A stretch of 64,000 nt of DNA from Alphaproteobacteria bacterium (GTDB lineage: Bacteria > Pseudomonadota > Alphaproteobacteria > M2410), in assembly GCA_006226415.1 (NCBI GenBank), contig SBGZ01000025.1, positions 13,186 to 77,185 on the forward strand, read 5' to 3'. A program made the translations under genes and the position numbers. Of the stretch, positions 40,252 through 49,696 are shown piece after piece (position 1 is the first letter of the stretch; each line of letters opens with the position of its first letter). The notes beneath the pieces are model-generated. The model did not search any database. It saw only the letters and a list, made by a program, of their open reading frames with translations, and was not told the DNA's origin.

Positions 40252-40809
40252 TCACTTGTGATGCGAGGCCTTAATCAGGCGTCCGAGTTCTGCTAATCGG
40301 TCTTTAAGCTCGGCGTTTTGGACGCTCTCAAGAGTGTCTTCCAAAGCCTTTTCTTCCGAGTCGGAAAGGCGGCGCAAGCGCTTTTCCCGCTTGTGCGTTT
40401 CGCGCGGCAACGGTCCTTGCTCGATCTTGATTCGCGCAACTGCCGGCCAGCCGTAAAACGTATTGATGCGCTCCATCACCTGCGGGATGAGATATTCAAA
40501 TTCCAGCGCGGCGGCGCCAGCCACGCGCACCAGCAAAATGCCGCCCTGACCGCCGCGTCCATGGGTCATCTTGGCGGGGTAGCAAAAAGCGGCAAGCTCC
40601 GGTCCGACAATCTCCTGCCAGCGGAAGACAATATCGCCCTGTGCTAGCCCCCGCGATTTAAGGAGAGGGGTGGTCAGCGCGCGCACCTTGACGCCCACAT
40701 GCCGGGGGCCGGGCCCCAGGAGGCGGTTTTGGCGGCTGGATCGCAATATGTCCGGACGTTGGCTCATGGGGGCCATGGTGCCGCGAGGAGTGGGGGCGGC
40801 GCAAGCCAT
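40252..40809 (-). CDS. DUF721 domain protein (DciA-like)
   Basis: W.EIVGP.LA...P......G.L.V.V....A.EL..L.PQ.MERIN pattern characteristic of DUF721. Conserved position between mutY and dsbA/smc. Confidence 0.55.
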   Translation of the reverse strand: MACAAPTPRGTMAPMSQRPDILRSSRQNRLLGPGPRHVGVKVRALTTPLLKSRGLAQGDIVFRWQEIVGPELAAFCYPAKMTHGRGGQGGILLVRVAGAAALEFEYLIPQVMERINTFYGWPAVARIKIEQGPLPRETHKREKRLRRLSDSEEKALEDTLESVQNAELKDRLAELGRLIKASHHK

Positions 40810-40842
40810 TCTGCAGATCTGTCCCCGATTTAATGTGAGGGC

Positions 40843-41193
40843 TTAGGAACTCTCCAGATGAAGGAGGTCCTCCGCGAGGGCTGCGTCCGCCTCAAGGCAA
40901 GCGGCGGCCTTTTCCGGCTGTTGCAGGGTGGGGTCTTCCCCGATGGCACTGTCGCGGTCGCCCGCCGCTTTGTCATCAGCGCCGAGGGCGAGATAGTTCT
41001 TCGCCCGATTGAGCACCGCGCAGGCCTTTTCAGTTGGGCTGAGGCCGTCCTCGCTGATGCAGCGGTTGAGCTCGCCGATGGCCTGGGAGTGCGCGCCTTC
41101 AGCGTAATAGGTCTCCGCCAGCGGGCAGGGCCCGGCAGTCATATCTGTCGGGGTAGACATGAAAAAGGCGGCGAGGCTGAGGGTTGCAAGCAT
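40843..41193 (-). CDS. hypothetical small secreted protein (signal peptide, TPR-like helices)
   Basis: 116-aa ORF with N-terminal MLATLSLAAFFMSTPTDMTAGPC. No family recognised. Confidence 0.35.
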   Translation of the reverse strand: MLATLSLAAFFMSTPTDMTAGPCPLAETYYAEGAHSQAIGELNRCISEDGLSPTEKACAVLNRAKNYLALGADDKAAGDRDSAIGEDPTLQQPEKAAACLEADAALAEDLLHLESS

Positions 41194-41319
41194 GTCTTTT
41201 TCTCCTTGGTCTCATTTGGTCCTGATTAGGCCCGCCAAGCATGGCCTAAAAATGGCGGCATGGGAAATCTGGGTATGCTTTGTTCGCAGCCTTTGAACTG
41301 AGGGGCTGAGGCCCCTAAA

Positions 41320-42426
41320 GTGCCCCCCATCATGGATATGCCCACCGTCAAAGCGCCGACCGCGCGCAAGCTGCTGACCTGGTATGATCGCCATCGCCGC
41401 GATCTGCCTTGGCGCGCAAAACCGGGACAAGCTGTCGATCCCTATCGGGTCTGGCTGTCGGAGGTCATGCTGCAGCAGACAACCGTGGTGACCGTGATCC
41501 CTTATTTTGAAAAGTTTCTGGCCCTGTGGCCGACCGTTGAGGCTTTAAGTGCGGCGCGCATGGAAGAGGTGCTCACCGAATGGGCCGGGCTTGGCTATTA
41601 CTCCCGGGCCCGCAATTTAAAGCACTGCGCCGACGTGGTGGTGGAGCAGCACGGCGGTACGTTTCCTGGTTCCGCTGCAGGACTTCATAAGCTGCCCGGC
41701 ATCGGGCCCTATACCGCCGCCGCCATTGCCGCCATTGCCTTTGGCGAGCAAGTGCCCGTGGTGGACGGAAATGTGGAGCGGGTGATGGCCCGCCTCTTTC
41801 GGGTCAAGACACCGCTTCCCAAAGCCAAACCTGAGATTACCGCACACACCGCCGCGCTGACCCCAAAGGGACGCCCCGGCGATTTTGCGCAAGGCCTGAT
41901 GGATCTGGGTGCCACTATCTGCAAGCCGCGCGCCCCCCTTTGTGATACCTGTCCTTGGGCGGCATCCTGCCAGGCAAAACTGTTCGGTGACATGGACGCT
42001 TTCCCGAAAAAGCTGGCGAAAAAGCCCAAGCCGAAAAAACAGGCCGATATCCTCTATCTGAGGGACGCCAAGGGTCGCGTCCTGGTGCGCCAGCGCCCTG
42101 AAACCGGTCTCCTGGCACAGATGTGGGAGCTTCCCAGTTCTCCCTGGGACGAAACCGAACTGCCGGAGGGCCGTCCGGCCTTTGACCTCGCTGATATTAT
42201 CGACAGCCGTTCCATGCCAAATCTCGTGTGCCTCGACAAAGAGGTGACCCACACCTTTACCCATTTTCATCAACGCTTTCGCATCTGGGTGGGGGAGGTC
42301 TCCGGTAAGGTCACGGCCAAAGAGGGCGCTTTTCTGGGCGACAACGAACGCGCCACCAAACCCTTCCCGACCCTCATGACCAAGGTCTTTGAGGCCGTAG
42401 AGTTTTCAAGGGGTCAGACCCCTTGA
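41320..42426 (+). CDS. mutY: A/G-specific adenine DNA glycosylase
   Basis: HhH-GPD domain (LPGIGPYTAAAIAAIAFG), 4Fe-4S cluster Cys (CKPRAPLCDTCPWAASC), C-terminal NUDIX-like domain. Start could be 41320 or 41332/41338. Confidence 0.9.
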   Translation: MPPIMDMPTVKAPTARKLLTWYDRHRRDLPWRAKPGQAVDPYRVWLSEVMLQQTTVVTVIPYFEKFLALWPTVEALSAARMEEVLTEWAGLGYYSRARNLKHCADVVVEQHGGTFPGSAAGLHKLPGIGPYTAAAIAAIAFGEQVPVVDGNVERVMARLFRVKTPLPKAKPEITAHTAALTPKGRPGDFAQGLMDLGATICKPRAPLCDTCPWAASCQAKLFGDMDAFPKKLAKKPKPKKQADILYLRDAKGRVLVRQRPETGLLAQMWELPSSPWDETELPEGRPAFDLADIIDSRSMPNLVCLDKEVTHTFTHFHQRFRIWVGEVSGKVTAKEGAFLGDNERATKPFPTLMTKVFEAVEFSRGQTP

Positions 42427-42466
42427 AAATAGGTTCCCTGGCATAGGCGGGGGTCCAGATACCAGA

Positions 42467-42610
42467 TCAAGGCCTCATGCTGAGGAGCGCGAAGCGCGTC
42501 TCGAAGGATGTGGCCAGTGCGTCTCCCATGCTTCGAGACGAGCCCTTTGGGCTCTCCTCAGCATGAGGAGCCTTGGTCGCCCCTGGGTTCCCGCCTCCGC
42601 GGGAATGACG
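42467..42610. repeat. nested palindromic MITE/REP-like element carrying the 36-bp unit shared with 50501-50536
   Basis: Outer arms CCTCATGCTGAGGAG (42473-42487) and CTCCTCAGCATGAGG (42555-42569). Inner arms CGTCTCGAAGG and CTTCGAGACG. Extra hairpins agccc-ttt-gggct and tcccgc-ctcc-gcggga. Confidence 0.55.
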
Positions 42611-42747
42611 CTTGAGCGCGTGGGGAACGTTTAAAATGAATAAGGCCGACCGGCCGCCGGGCGAAAGCCCGCGCCCGCGCAGGCATTGCCTCGATGTACT
42701 CAAGAGGCAATTGCCGTGAGCCGAAAAACGAGCAAAATAAAAAGGCG

Positions 42748-42785
42748 GGGAAGCAGCACCCAACTGCTTCACCCGCCTTCGTGTC
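42748..42785 (-). terminator. putative intrinsic terminator of ccrM
   Basis: GGCGGGGAAGCAG-cacccaa-CTGCTTCACCCGCC preceded on the plus strand by aaaataaaaa (a U-tract on the minus strand). Confidence 0.5.
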
Positions 42786-42807
42786 ACACCCCACCGTTTG
42801 AGATGTG

Positions 42808-44030
<1,223 letters not shown>

Positions 44031-44031
44031 T

Positions 44032-44646
44032 CTACAACATATTGTGTATCGGTTTAAAGGACCGCCTATGGTGTGGGGTTATTCCGTAACAATGGAGGGC
44101 ATTTTGGTGGGTCTTTGTTCCATAACCCTTGTTCCGATCCCAGCCATATTGGGGGAAACTGTCATGGAGCTGGCGCATCAGCCGGTCGCGGGTCACCTTG
44201 GCAATGATGGAGGCCGCCGCGATGGAAAGGGACTTTGCATCCCCCTTGATGAGGGTCTCGGTGGGCAAGTCGATCTTCGGCGCCCGGTTACCATCGATGA
44301 GGACGAGATCCGGCGCAAGCGGCAGCGCTGCCACGGCGCGGGCCATGGCCGCCATGGTGGCGTTCAGGATATTGACCTGGTCGATCTCCTCGACCTCGAC
44401 GATGGAGACGCCGATCCCGAGGGCCCTGGCCTGGATCACCTCATAGAGGGCTTCGCGCCGCGCCTCGCTCAATTTCTTGGAGTCATTAAGGCCATCGGGC
44501 AGATCTGCCGGGTCCAGCACCACGGCAGCGGCCACCACGGGCCCCGCCCAGGGGCCGCGGCCTGCCTCATCGACCCCGGCGACGCGTCCGCCGGCAAGGG
44601 TCTCTCGCTCAAAATCCGGAAGTGATTTCGCATCTTTCAAGAACAT
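44032..44646 (-). CDS. rnhB: ribonuclease HII
   Basis: VAGVDEAGRGPWAGPVVAAAV catalytic motif. Confidence 0.9.
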   Translation of the reverse strand: MFLKDAKSLPDFERETLAGGRVAGVDEAGRGPWAGPVVAAAVVLDPADLPDGLNDSKKLSEARREALYEVIQARALGIGVSIVEVEEIDQVNILNATMAAMARAVAALPLAPDLVLIDGNRAPKIDLPTETLIKGDAKSLSIAAASIIAKVTRDRLMRQLHDSFPQYGWDRNKGYGTKTHQNALHCYGITPHHRRSFKPIHNML

Positions 44647-44688
44647 GGGTCTTTATGTCATGATTCCGCCGCAACAAGGGAGCGCGCC

Positions 44689-45075
44689 ATGACCCAGATC
44701 CACACCAAGATCCACAAAGGCAGCTGCAATTGCGGCAAGGTGACTTTCAAATTTGAGGGCGATCCCAAATGGGTCGCCAATTGTCATTGTGGTGATTGCC
44801 GCCACGCCACCGGCGCCGCCTATTCGACCTATATCGGCGTTTTGAAACCGATGATCAAATGGGGCACCGGCAAGCCTTCTTCCTATGCTTCCTCCGAAGG
44901 GGTGCGGCGCACCTTCTGCGATCGCTGCGGCACCCCCATAGCTTACGAAGGCATTCGCTGGCCGGACGAGGTCCATTTCTTTGTCGGTCTCATGGAGCAC
45001 CCCGATGACTTCGTGCCCACCAGCGAGGTGCACGTGGGCGATAAGCTGGGCTGGGTGCTGCTTCCAAAATCCTGA
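44689..45075 (+). CDS. GFA-family protein (CENP-V/glutathione-dependent formaldehyde-activating fold)
   Basis: Zn-binding Cys pattern CNCGKV...CHCGDCRHATGAAYSTY...CDRCGTP. Confidence 0.85.
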   Translation: MTQIHTKIHKGSCNCGKVTFKFEGDPKWVANCHCGDCRHATGAAYSTYIGVLKPMIKWGTGKPSSYASSEGVRRTFCDRCGTPIAYEGIRWPDEVHFFVGLMEHPDDFVPTSEVHVGDKLGWVLLPKS

Positions 45076-45110
45076 GAGGGTATCGAGATTCCTTTTCAAC
45101 TAATAGGTGA

Positions 45111-45557
45111 ATGTGTGCTAAGCCCATTCTTATGCCGATCGCTAATCATCCAAGAACTGGCTCCGTTTTGCTTTGCAACTTCGATACGGGGTTTTATCCG
45201 CCTGAAATGGTTAAACGTAGGCCAGTTGTGGTAATAAGTCCCAAGATTGCCGCGCGACCAGGCCTATGTACGGTTGTTTGTTTGAGCACAACAGCACCAG
45301 AGAACGTTATGCCTTATCATTGCCAAATAGATATCAGGCCCAAACTACCTACCGGTTTCGATAGCGACGGGGTTTGGGTGAAGGGCGATATGATTTATTC
45401 TGTCGCACTTAATCGGTTGGATTTTTTCCGGTTCCGGAAGTCTGAAACAGGCAAGCGCCAATATTATTATGACGCTTTAAGCGACTATAATATAAAGAGA
45501 ATTCGGCAATGTGTTCTTCAAGGTATGGGCATGTCTGCCTTGACAAAACATCTATAA
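45111..45557 (+). CDS. PemK/MazF-fold protein, orphan, in a low-GC islet
   Basis: GSVLLCNFDTGFYPPEMVKRRPVVVISP...CTVVCLSTT...YHCQIDIRP follows the Kid/PemK layout (G.i..v.lDP..G.E....RP.lvv...vvvP.Ts...v.l). GC ~45% versus ~60% in the flanks. Weak RBS; no adjacent antitoxin ORF. Confidence 0.4.
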   Translation: MCAKPILMPIANHPRTGSVLLCNFDTGFYPPEMVKRRPVVVISPKIAARPGLCTVVCLSTTAPENVMPYHCQIDIRPKLPTGFDSDGVWVKGDMIYSVALNRLDFFRFRKSETGKRQYYYDALSDYNIKRIRQCVLQGMGMSALTKHL

Positions 45558-45573
45558 TTTGTTATATTAAAAA

Positions 45574-45697
45574 TGAGCGCGGCTCTTACCTTATTTCGTA
45601 ATCCGCACCTAAGACCCCAACAGGGGCCGCCGTGCAAACGGGCGAAAGCAAGTTCATGCACGGCGTAGAAAGGCCCCACTTCGGTGGGGTTTTTTTT
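45574..45697 (+). ncRNA. candidate small RNA with its own sigma70-like promoter, internal 9-bp-stem hairpin and strong intrinsic terminator
   Basis: TTGACA (45539-44), 17-nt spacer, TTATAT (45562-67). Hairpin CGCCGTGCA-19 nt-TGCACGGCG (45629-45665). Terminator CCCCAC-ttcg-GTGGGG + T8 (45674-45697). Confidence 0.3.
45672..45697 (+). terminator. intrinsic terminator (GGCCCCACttcgGTGGGG + T8)
   Basis: Perfect GC-rich stem followed by eight T residues. Confidence 0.75.
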
Positions 45698-45788
45698 GAT
45701 CTAGTGCAGATTTGATTTCTTAGACTAATCTCGCTCGCCATGTGATTCTCAAGACTCGCGCTTTTGACTTACCCACAGGTCCAACACC

Positions 45789-46913
45789 TTAAAGCAAGGC
45801 CATCTGGTCTCCCGGGCGGGGTGGGGGCTTAAAGAGCTTGCAATTAAGGTCCATGGCCGGGCGTTCCAGCCCGAGCCGCCGGGCGGTCACACGAAACCGC
45901 TGGCTGATCTGTTTGGCATATTCGCCGCTGCCCACCATGCGCCGCCCCCAGGCCGCGTCATAATCCTTGCCGCCGCGCATGTCCTGCATGCGGGCAATGA
46001 CATGGGGACCCCGGTCCGGGTAATGCTCGGTGAGCCATTCACGGAAGAGCTGCTTGATCTCAAGCGGCATGCGCAGGGCAATATAGCCAGCGGCGCTGGC
46101 GCCAGCCTCCGCGGCACGGGCGAGGATGGCTTCTATCTCATGATCGGTGAGGGCCGGGATCACCGGCGCCACCATGACCCCGGTCGGGATGCCCGCTCGC
46201 GCAAGAAGCTCAATGGCTTCAAGGCGCCGCTCCGGCGTCGGCGCGCGCGGCTCCATCCGCCGGGCAAGCTTGCGATCGAGCGTGGTCACCGAGATCGCCA
46301 CTTTGACAAGGCCGCGCTCCGCCATAGGCCCCAGGATATCAATATCCCGCGTCACCAGATTGGACTTGGTGACGATGGTCGCCGGATGTCGATAGGCCGA
46401 CAGCACCTCCAGGATGGACCGGGTGATCTTGTGCGTGCGCTCCAGCGGCTGATAGGGGTCCGTATTGGTGCCAAGCGCAATCGGGCGCACTTTGTAGTCC
46501 TTGCGCCGTAGCTCTTCTTCCAGAAGGGCTGCCGCATGGGGCTTGGTGTAAAGCACGGATTCAAAATCGAGCCCGGGCGACAGGCCGAGGTAGGCGTGGG
46601 TCGGCCGGGCGAAACAATAGATGCAGCCATGCTCACAGCCGCGATAGGGGTTGATCGAGCGATCAAAGGAAATATCCGGAGACTGGTTACGCGTAATGAC
46701 GGTGCGGCTCGCATCCTTGTGCACGACCGTGCGGCGCGGCGGCGCATCTTCATCCAAAACGCCCCAACCATCGTCCGCCAGCACTCGGGAGAAGCGCTCA
46801 TAGCGGCCCGAGGCGTTGGAGTGGGAGCCCCGGCCATGGGTCTTCTGCCCAGGCTGAAGGGTCGGGGCGGGCGCATGGGAAAGCGCCCCTATGGCATCAT
46901 TGGCCTTGTCCAT
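45789..46913 (-). CDS. radical SAM protein, PA0069/SplB-like (COG1533 DNA repair photolyase-like)
   Basis: GRGSHSNASGRYERF N-terminal signature and INPYRGCEHGCIYCFARP (CxxxCxxC). The ORF is open to 46970; start taken at MDKAND. Confidence 0.85.
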   Translation of the reverse strand: MDKANDAIGALSHAPAPTLQPGQKTHGRGSHSNASGRYERFSRVLADDGWGVLDEDAPPRRTVVHKDASRTVITRNQSPDISFDRSINPYRGCEHGCIYCFARPTHAYLGLSPGLDFESVLYTKPHAAALLEEELRRKDYKVRPIALGTNTDPYQPLERTHKITRSILEVLSAYRHPATIVTKSNLVTRDIDILGPMAERGLVKVAISVTTLDRKLARRMEPRAPTPERRLEAIELLARAGIPTGVMVAPVIPALTDHEIEAILARAAEAGASAAGYIALRMPLEIKQLFREWLTEHYPDRGPHVIARMQDMRGGKDYDAAWGRRMVGSGEYAKQISQRFRVTARRLGLERPAMDLNCKLFKPPPRPGDQMALL

Positions 46914-46979
46914 CCATCGTCTTCGCATGGGGCAAAGTATGGCGAAGTGCAAAGAACAAAACAAGAACAAAGAATCGGA

Positions 46980-48269
46980 TTATTTGTGCAAGAGCTCAAA
47001 GCGGTCCTTGCGGCCATCGGCAAACACGCGCTCAAGCACGGGGCGGGTTCCGGAGAAGTCGAAATGAAAGCGGTAGCTGTCGGTGCCCGCTATTTTAAAG
47101 TCGTCCCGGCTCAGGGGGCTGAGCGCAACGGCGGTTCCGCCCTGCGGAATAAAGGTCAAAACGTCGTTGCTATAGACCACACGCCCCACACCATAAGAGC
47201 CCGTGAGCGCCAAATAGTCCGACTGCGGCAACTGAGGTGGCGCCAGTTCTGCCGCCAGGGCAAGATGGGCCCATTCATATATCCTCCGCCGCGTTGCTTG
47301 GGGCTCACCCGCCATCAGCAGTTCAAGCGCGGTCATCTGCCCGGTTAGGAGAGTGCTTTGAGGCATGGCGCTCACATCCGGAGCGACACCAACGCCTTCC
47401 CAGTTTTCACCGGTTATGGGATGCACCGGTTTGCCCGTTGAAACAGAAAGCACATAGCCCTCCCCAACCGAAAACCGGCTCACCGTAAACGCGGCGCCAG
47501 CTGTGGTCTCGCCGACCAGCTTGCCAAGCCCGAAGGCACGCGCGGAATAGGCAAGGTCCTCAGCCGCCGAGGCCGTTTTGCCGTCGATGAGCACCACCAG
47601 CGGGCGGCCGGGGCGGGGCACCCCTTGCGGCTGGCGGGAATAACTGTCCTGAAGGCCCGCGCGCCCTGGATCTTTAAAGCGCATGACAAGCGTGGGTCGC
47701 TCAAAGAAATAGCCTTGCACATAGCGCACAAAGTCTGCATCGCCGCCGCTATTGCCGCGAAGGTCCAGGATCAGGGCATCGGCACTGCTAAGAAAGGCAA
47801 AAGCCGCATCCACCCGGCGCATCGCCTCGTGGCCGCCTTCAAAATTGGAGATGCGGATATAGCCCAGATTGCCGTCCATGAGCCGCGCTTCCGGCACGCC
47901 ATAATTTTGCGTGGCGGCGCGCAAGTTCGGCGTCGCCGTTTGAGACGGGTGGGAAACAGGGTGTTTGAGCACCTCGTAAAGGACCGGGTCATAGATAAGC
48001 TTGAGGTGCTTGTCCGACGAAGTGACGAAAAAGTCTGTGCTCACATCGCGGGCAAACTGCAAGGGGTCGTTCTGGCTAAAGCTGAGGCGATGCGCCTTGA
48101 GGCTGCGGATGATCTCCGCCCGCTTGGCTTCTTGAATGTAATGCTGCGCGACGAGCCCGCTCATTTCATCAATGAGAGCATCCCGGTCCACCGGCGCTGG
48201 GCCAGCGGCGGCAAGAAAGAAGAGCGCAAGGAGGGCGCCGGCCATATGTCGCATCATGTCTGTCATCAT
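46980..48269 (-). CDS. S41-family peptidase (tail-specific/C-terminal processing protease-like), secreted
   Basis: Signal peptide; LDLRGNSGGD and LIDGKTASAAEDLA (catalytic Ser and Lys regions of the S41 family). Confidence 0.85.
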   Translation of the reverse strand: MMTDMMRHMAGALLALFFLAAAGPAPVDRDALIDEMSGLVAQHYIQEAKRAEIIRSLKAHRLSFSQNDPLQFARDVSTDFFVTSSDKHLKLIYDPVLYEVLKHPVSHPSQTATPNLRAATQNYGVPEARLMDGNLGYIRISNFEGGHEAMRRVDAAFAFLSSADALILDLRGNSGGDADFVRYVQGYFFERPTLVMRFKDPGRAGLQDSYSRQPQGVPRPGRPLVVLIDGKTASAAEDLAYSARAFGLGKLVGETTAGAAFTVSRFSVGEGYVLSVSTGKPVHPITGENWEGVGVAPDVSAMPQSTLLTGQMTALELLMAGEPQATRRRIYEWAHLALAAELAPPQLPQSDYLALTGSYGVGRVVYSNDVLTFIPQGGTAVALSPLSRDDFKIAGTDSYRFHFDFSGTRPVLERVFADGRKDRFELLHK

Positions 48270-48348
48270 AGGGAGACTTTAGGCCTTCAAGCGTCCATCA
48301 ACAATTGTTGAAGCGGCAAATCAACGAGATCTGTGTTAGAAACCCCAC

Positions 48349-49059
48349 ATGATTTCCGTTGTGATCCCAACCCTTAACGCAGAAAAAACGCTCCCGCGCA
48401 CATTTTCCGGCCTCTATGATGCGGCCCTGGAAGGGCTGGTGCGTGAAGTGATTGTCTCGGACGGCGGCTCCTGCGATACCACTCTCAAGATTGCCGATGC
48501 GGCTGGCGCGAAAGTGGTTGAAGGAACCAGGGGCCGCGGGCCGCAGCTCAGACGCGGCGCGGATCTGGCAAGTTCCAATTGGCTGCTCTTTCTCCATGCC
48601 GATACCCGCCTTGAAGATGGTTGGGACCAGGAAGTCCGGCATCTCATTTCAGGCGAGGGGATGAAGGGCGTGTCCGAGGATGGTCGCTTTGCCGCGGCCT
48701 TCCGTTTTGCATTGGATGATCTTTCAGCGCGCGCCCGCGCACTTGAAAAAGTGGTGGGCGCAAGATGCCGCCTTTTCAAGCTCCCATATGGGGATCAGGG
48801 ACTTCTCATCTCGAAGAGCTTCTACCGCGAAATCGGCGGCTTTGATCCCATCGAGCTCATGGAGGACGTGGCGATCATTTCAAAGGTGAAGCGCGCTGCG
48901 GGTCGTAATTCGGTTCTGCTTTTGCGCTCAGAAGCCATCACTTCCGCGGAACGGTTCCAGCGCAAGGGATATTTTAAAACCCCGCTCAGGAACGCGGGCC
49001 TCCTGACAGCCTATTTTTTGAGAGTGCCGCCCAGAGTCTTGAGCCGCCTTTATGACTAG
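48349..49059 (+). CDS. family 2 glycosyltransferase (TIGR04283-like)
   Basis: MISVVIPTLNAEKTLPRTFSGL...VIVSDGGSCDTT...LFLHADTRL. Confidence 0.8.
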   Translation: MISVVIPTLNAEKTLPRTFSGLYDAALEGLVREVIVSDGGSCDTTLKIADAAGAKVVEGTRGRGPQLRRGADLASSNWLLFLHADTRLEDGWDQEVRHLISGEGMKGVSEDGRFAAAFRFALDDLSARARALEKVVGARCRLFKLPYGDQGLLISKSFYREIGGFDPIELMEDVAIISKVKRAAGRNSVLLLRSEAITSAERFQRKGYFKTPLRNAGLLTAYFLRVPPRVLSRLYD

Positions 49060-49657
49060 CCCCGCGAAATGGCTCGTCATCTTCGTCAAGGCGCCGCAAA
49101 TGGGCCGGGTAAAGTCCCGTCTGGCCAAGGAGATCGGCCCGGTCGCCGCCACGCGCTTTTACCGAACCGAGCTGACGCGCCTCCTGCGCACGCTTGGGCG
49201 CGATCCGCGTTGGCAAACGCTTGTTGCCGCCACGCCGGATGGTGTGGCGGAACAGGGCCCCCATCTATTCGGCGACTTGCCTGTTATCGGCCAGGGGACG
49301 GGCGATCTCGGGCAGCGCATGCAGCGCTGCTTTGATGTTCTCCCGCCCGGGCCGGTGGTCCTCGTTGGCGGGGATATCCCGGGCCTGAAAGCTTCCCACA
49401 TTGCCGCCGCCTTTAACGCGCTTGGAGGCCATGATGCGGTCTTTGGTCCGGCGGAGGATGGCGGCTATTGGCTCGTTGGGCAAAGCCGGGTCCCGCGCAC
49501 CCTTTCGCTCTTTGACGGTGTACGCTGGTCGAGCCCCCATGCGCTTGCCGACACCATCGCCAATCTGCCTCGGGGCCGGCGTTTTGCCCTCACACATCGG
49601 CTATGGGATGTGGACATAGGGGCGGATTATCAGCGCTGGATTGACGAGCGCAGGTGA
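49052..49657 (+). CDS. DUF2064 protein (TIGR04282-like, GT2-associated)
   Basis: KWLVIFVKAPQMGRVKSRLAKEIG...GDIPGL...EDGGYWLVG. Overlaps the preceding GT2 gene by 8 nt. Confidence 0.75.
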   Translation: MTSPAKWLVIFVKAPQMGRVKSRLAKEIGPVAATRFYRTELTRLLRTLGRDPRWQTLVAATPDGVAEQGPHLFGDLPVIGQGTGDLGQRMQRCFDVLPPGPVVLVGGDIPGLKASHIAAAFNALGGHDAVFGPAEDGGYWLVGQSRVPRTLSLFDGVRWSSPHALADTIANLPRGRRFALTHRLWDVDIGADYQRWIDERR

Positions 49658-49696
49658 CCTTGCCAGACTAACCGCAAAAAAGAGGGAGGAACGGCA

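Noticed and set aside
45583-45681. 32-aa ORF (MSAALTLFRNPHLRPQQGPPCKRAKASSCTA) inside the candidate sRNA
   Set aside because: No RBS. The sequence is dominated by the GC-rich hairpin arms, so an RNA function is more plausible than a peptide.
46002-48311. Plus-strand ORFs antisense to the radical SAM and S41 peptidase genes (46002-46511, 46536-47348, 47625-48311) and minus-strand ORFs in the GT2/DUF2064 region
   Set aside because: Off-frame shadows; the minus-strand genes carry CxxxCxxC and S41 catalytic motifs.
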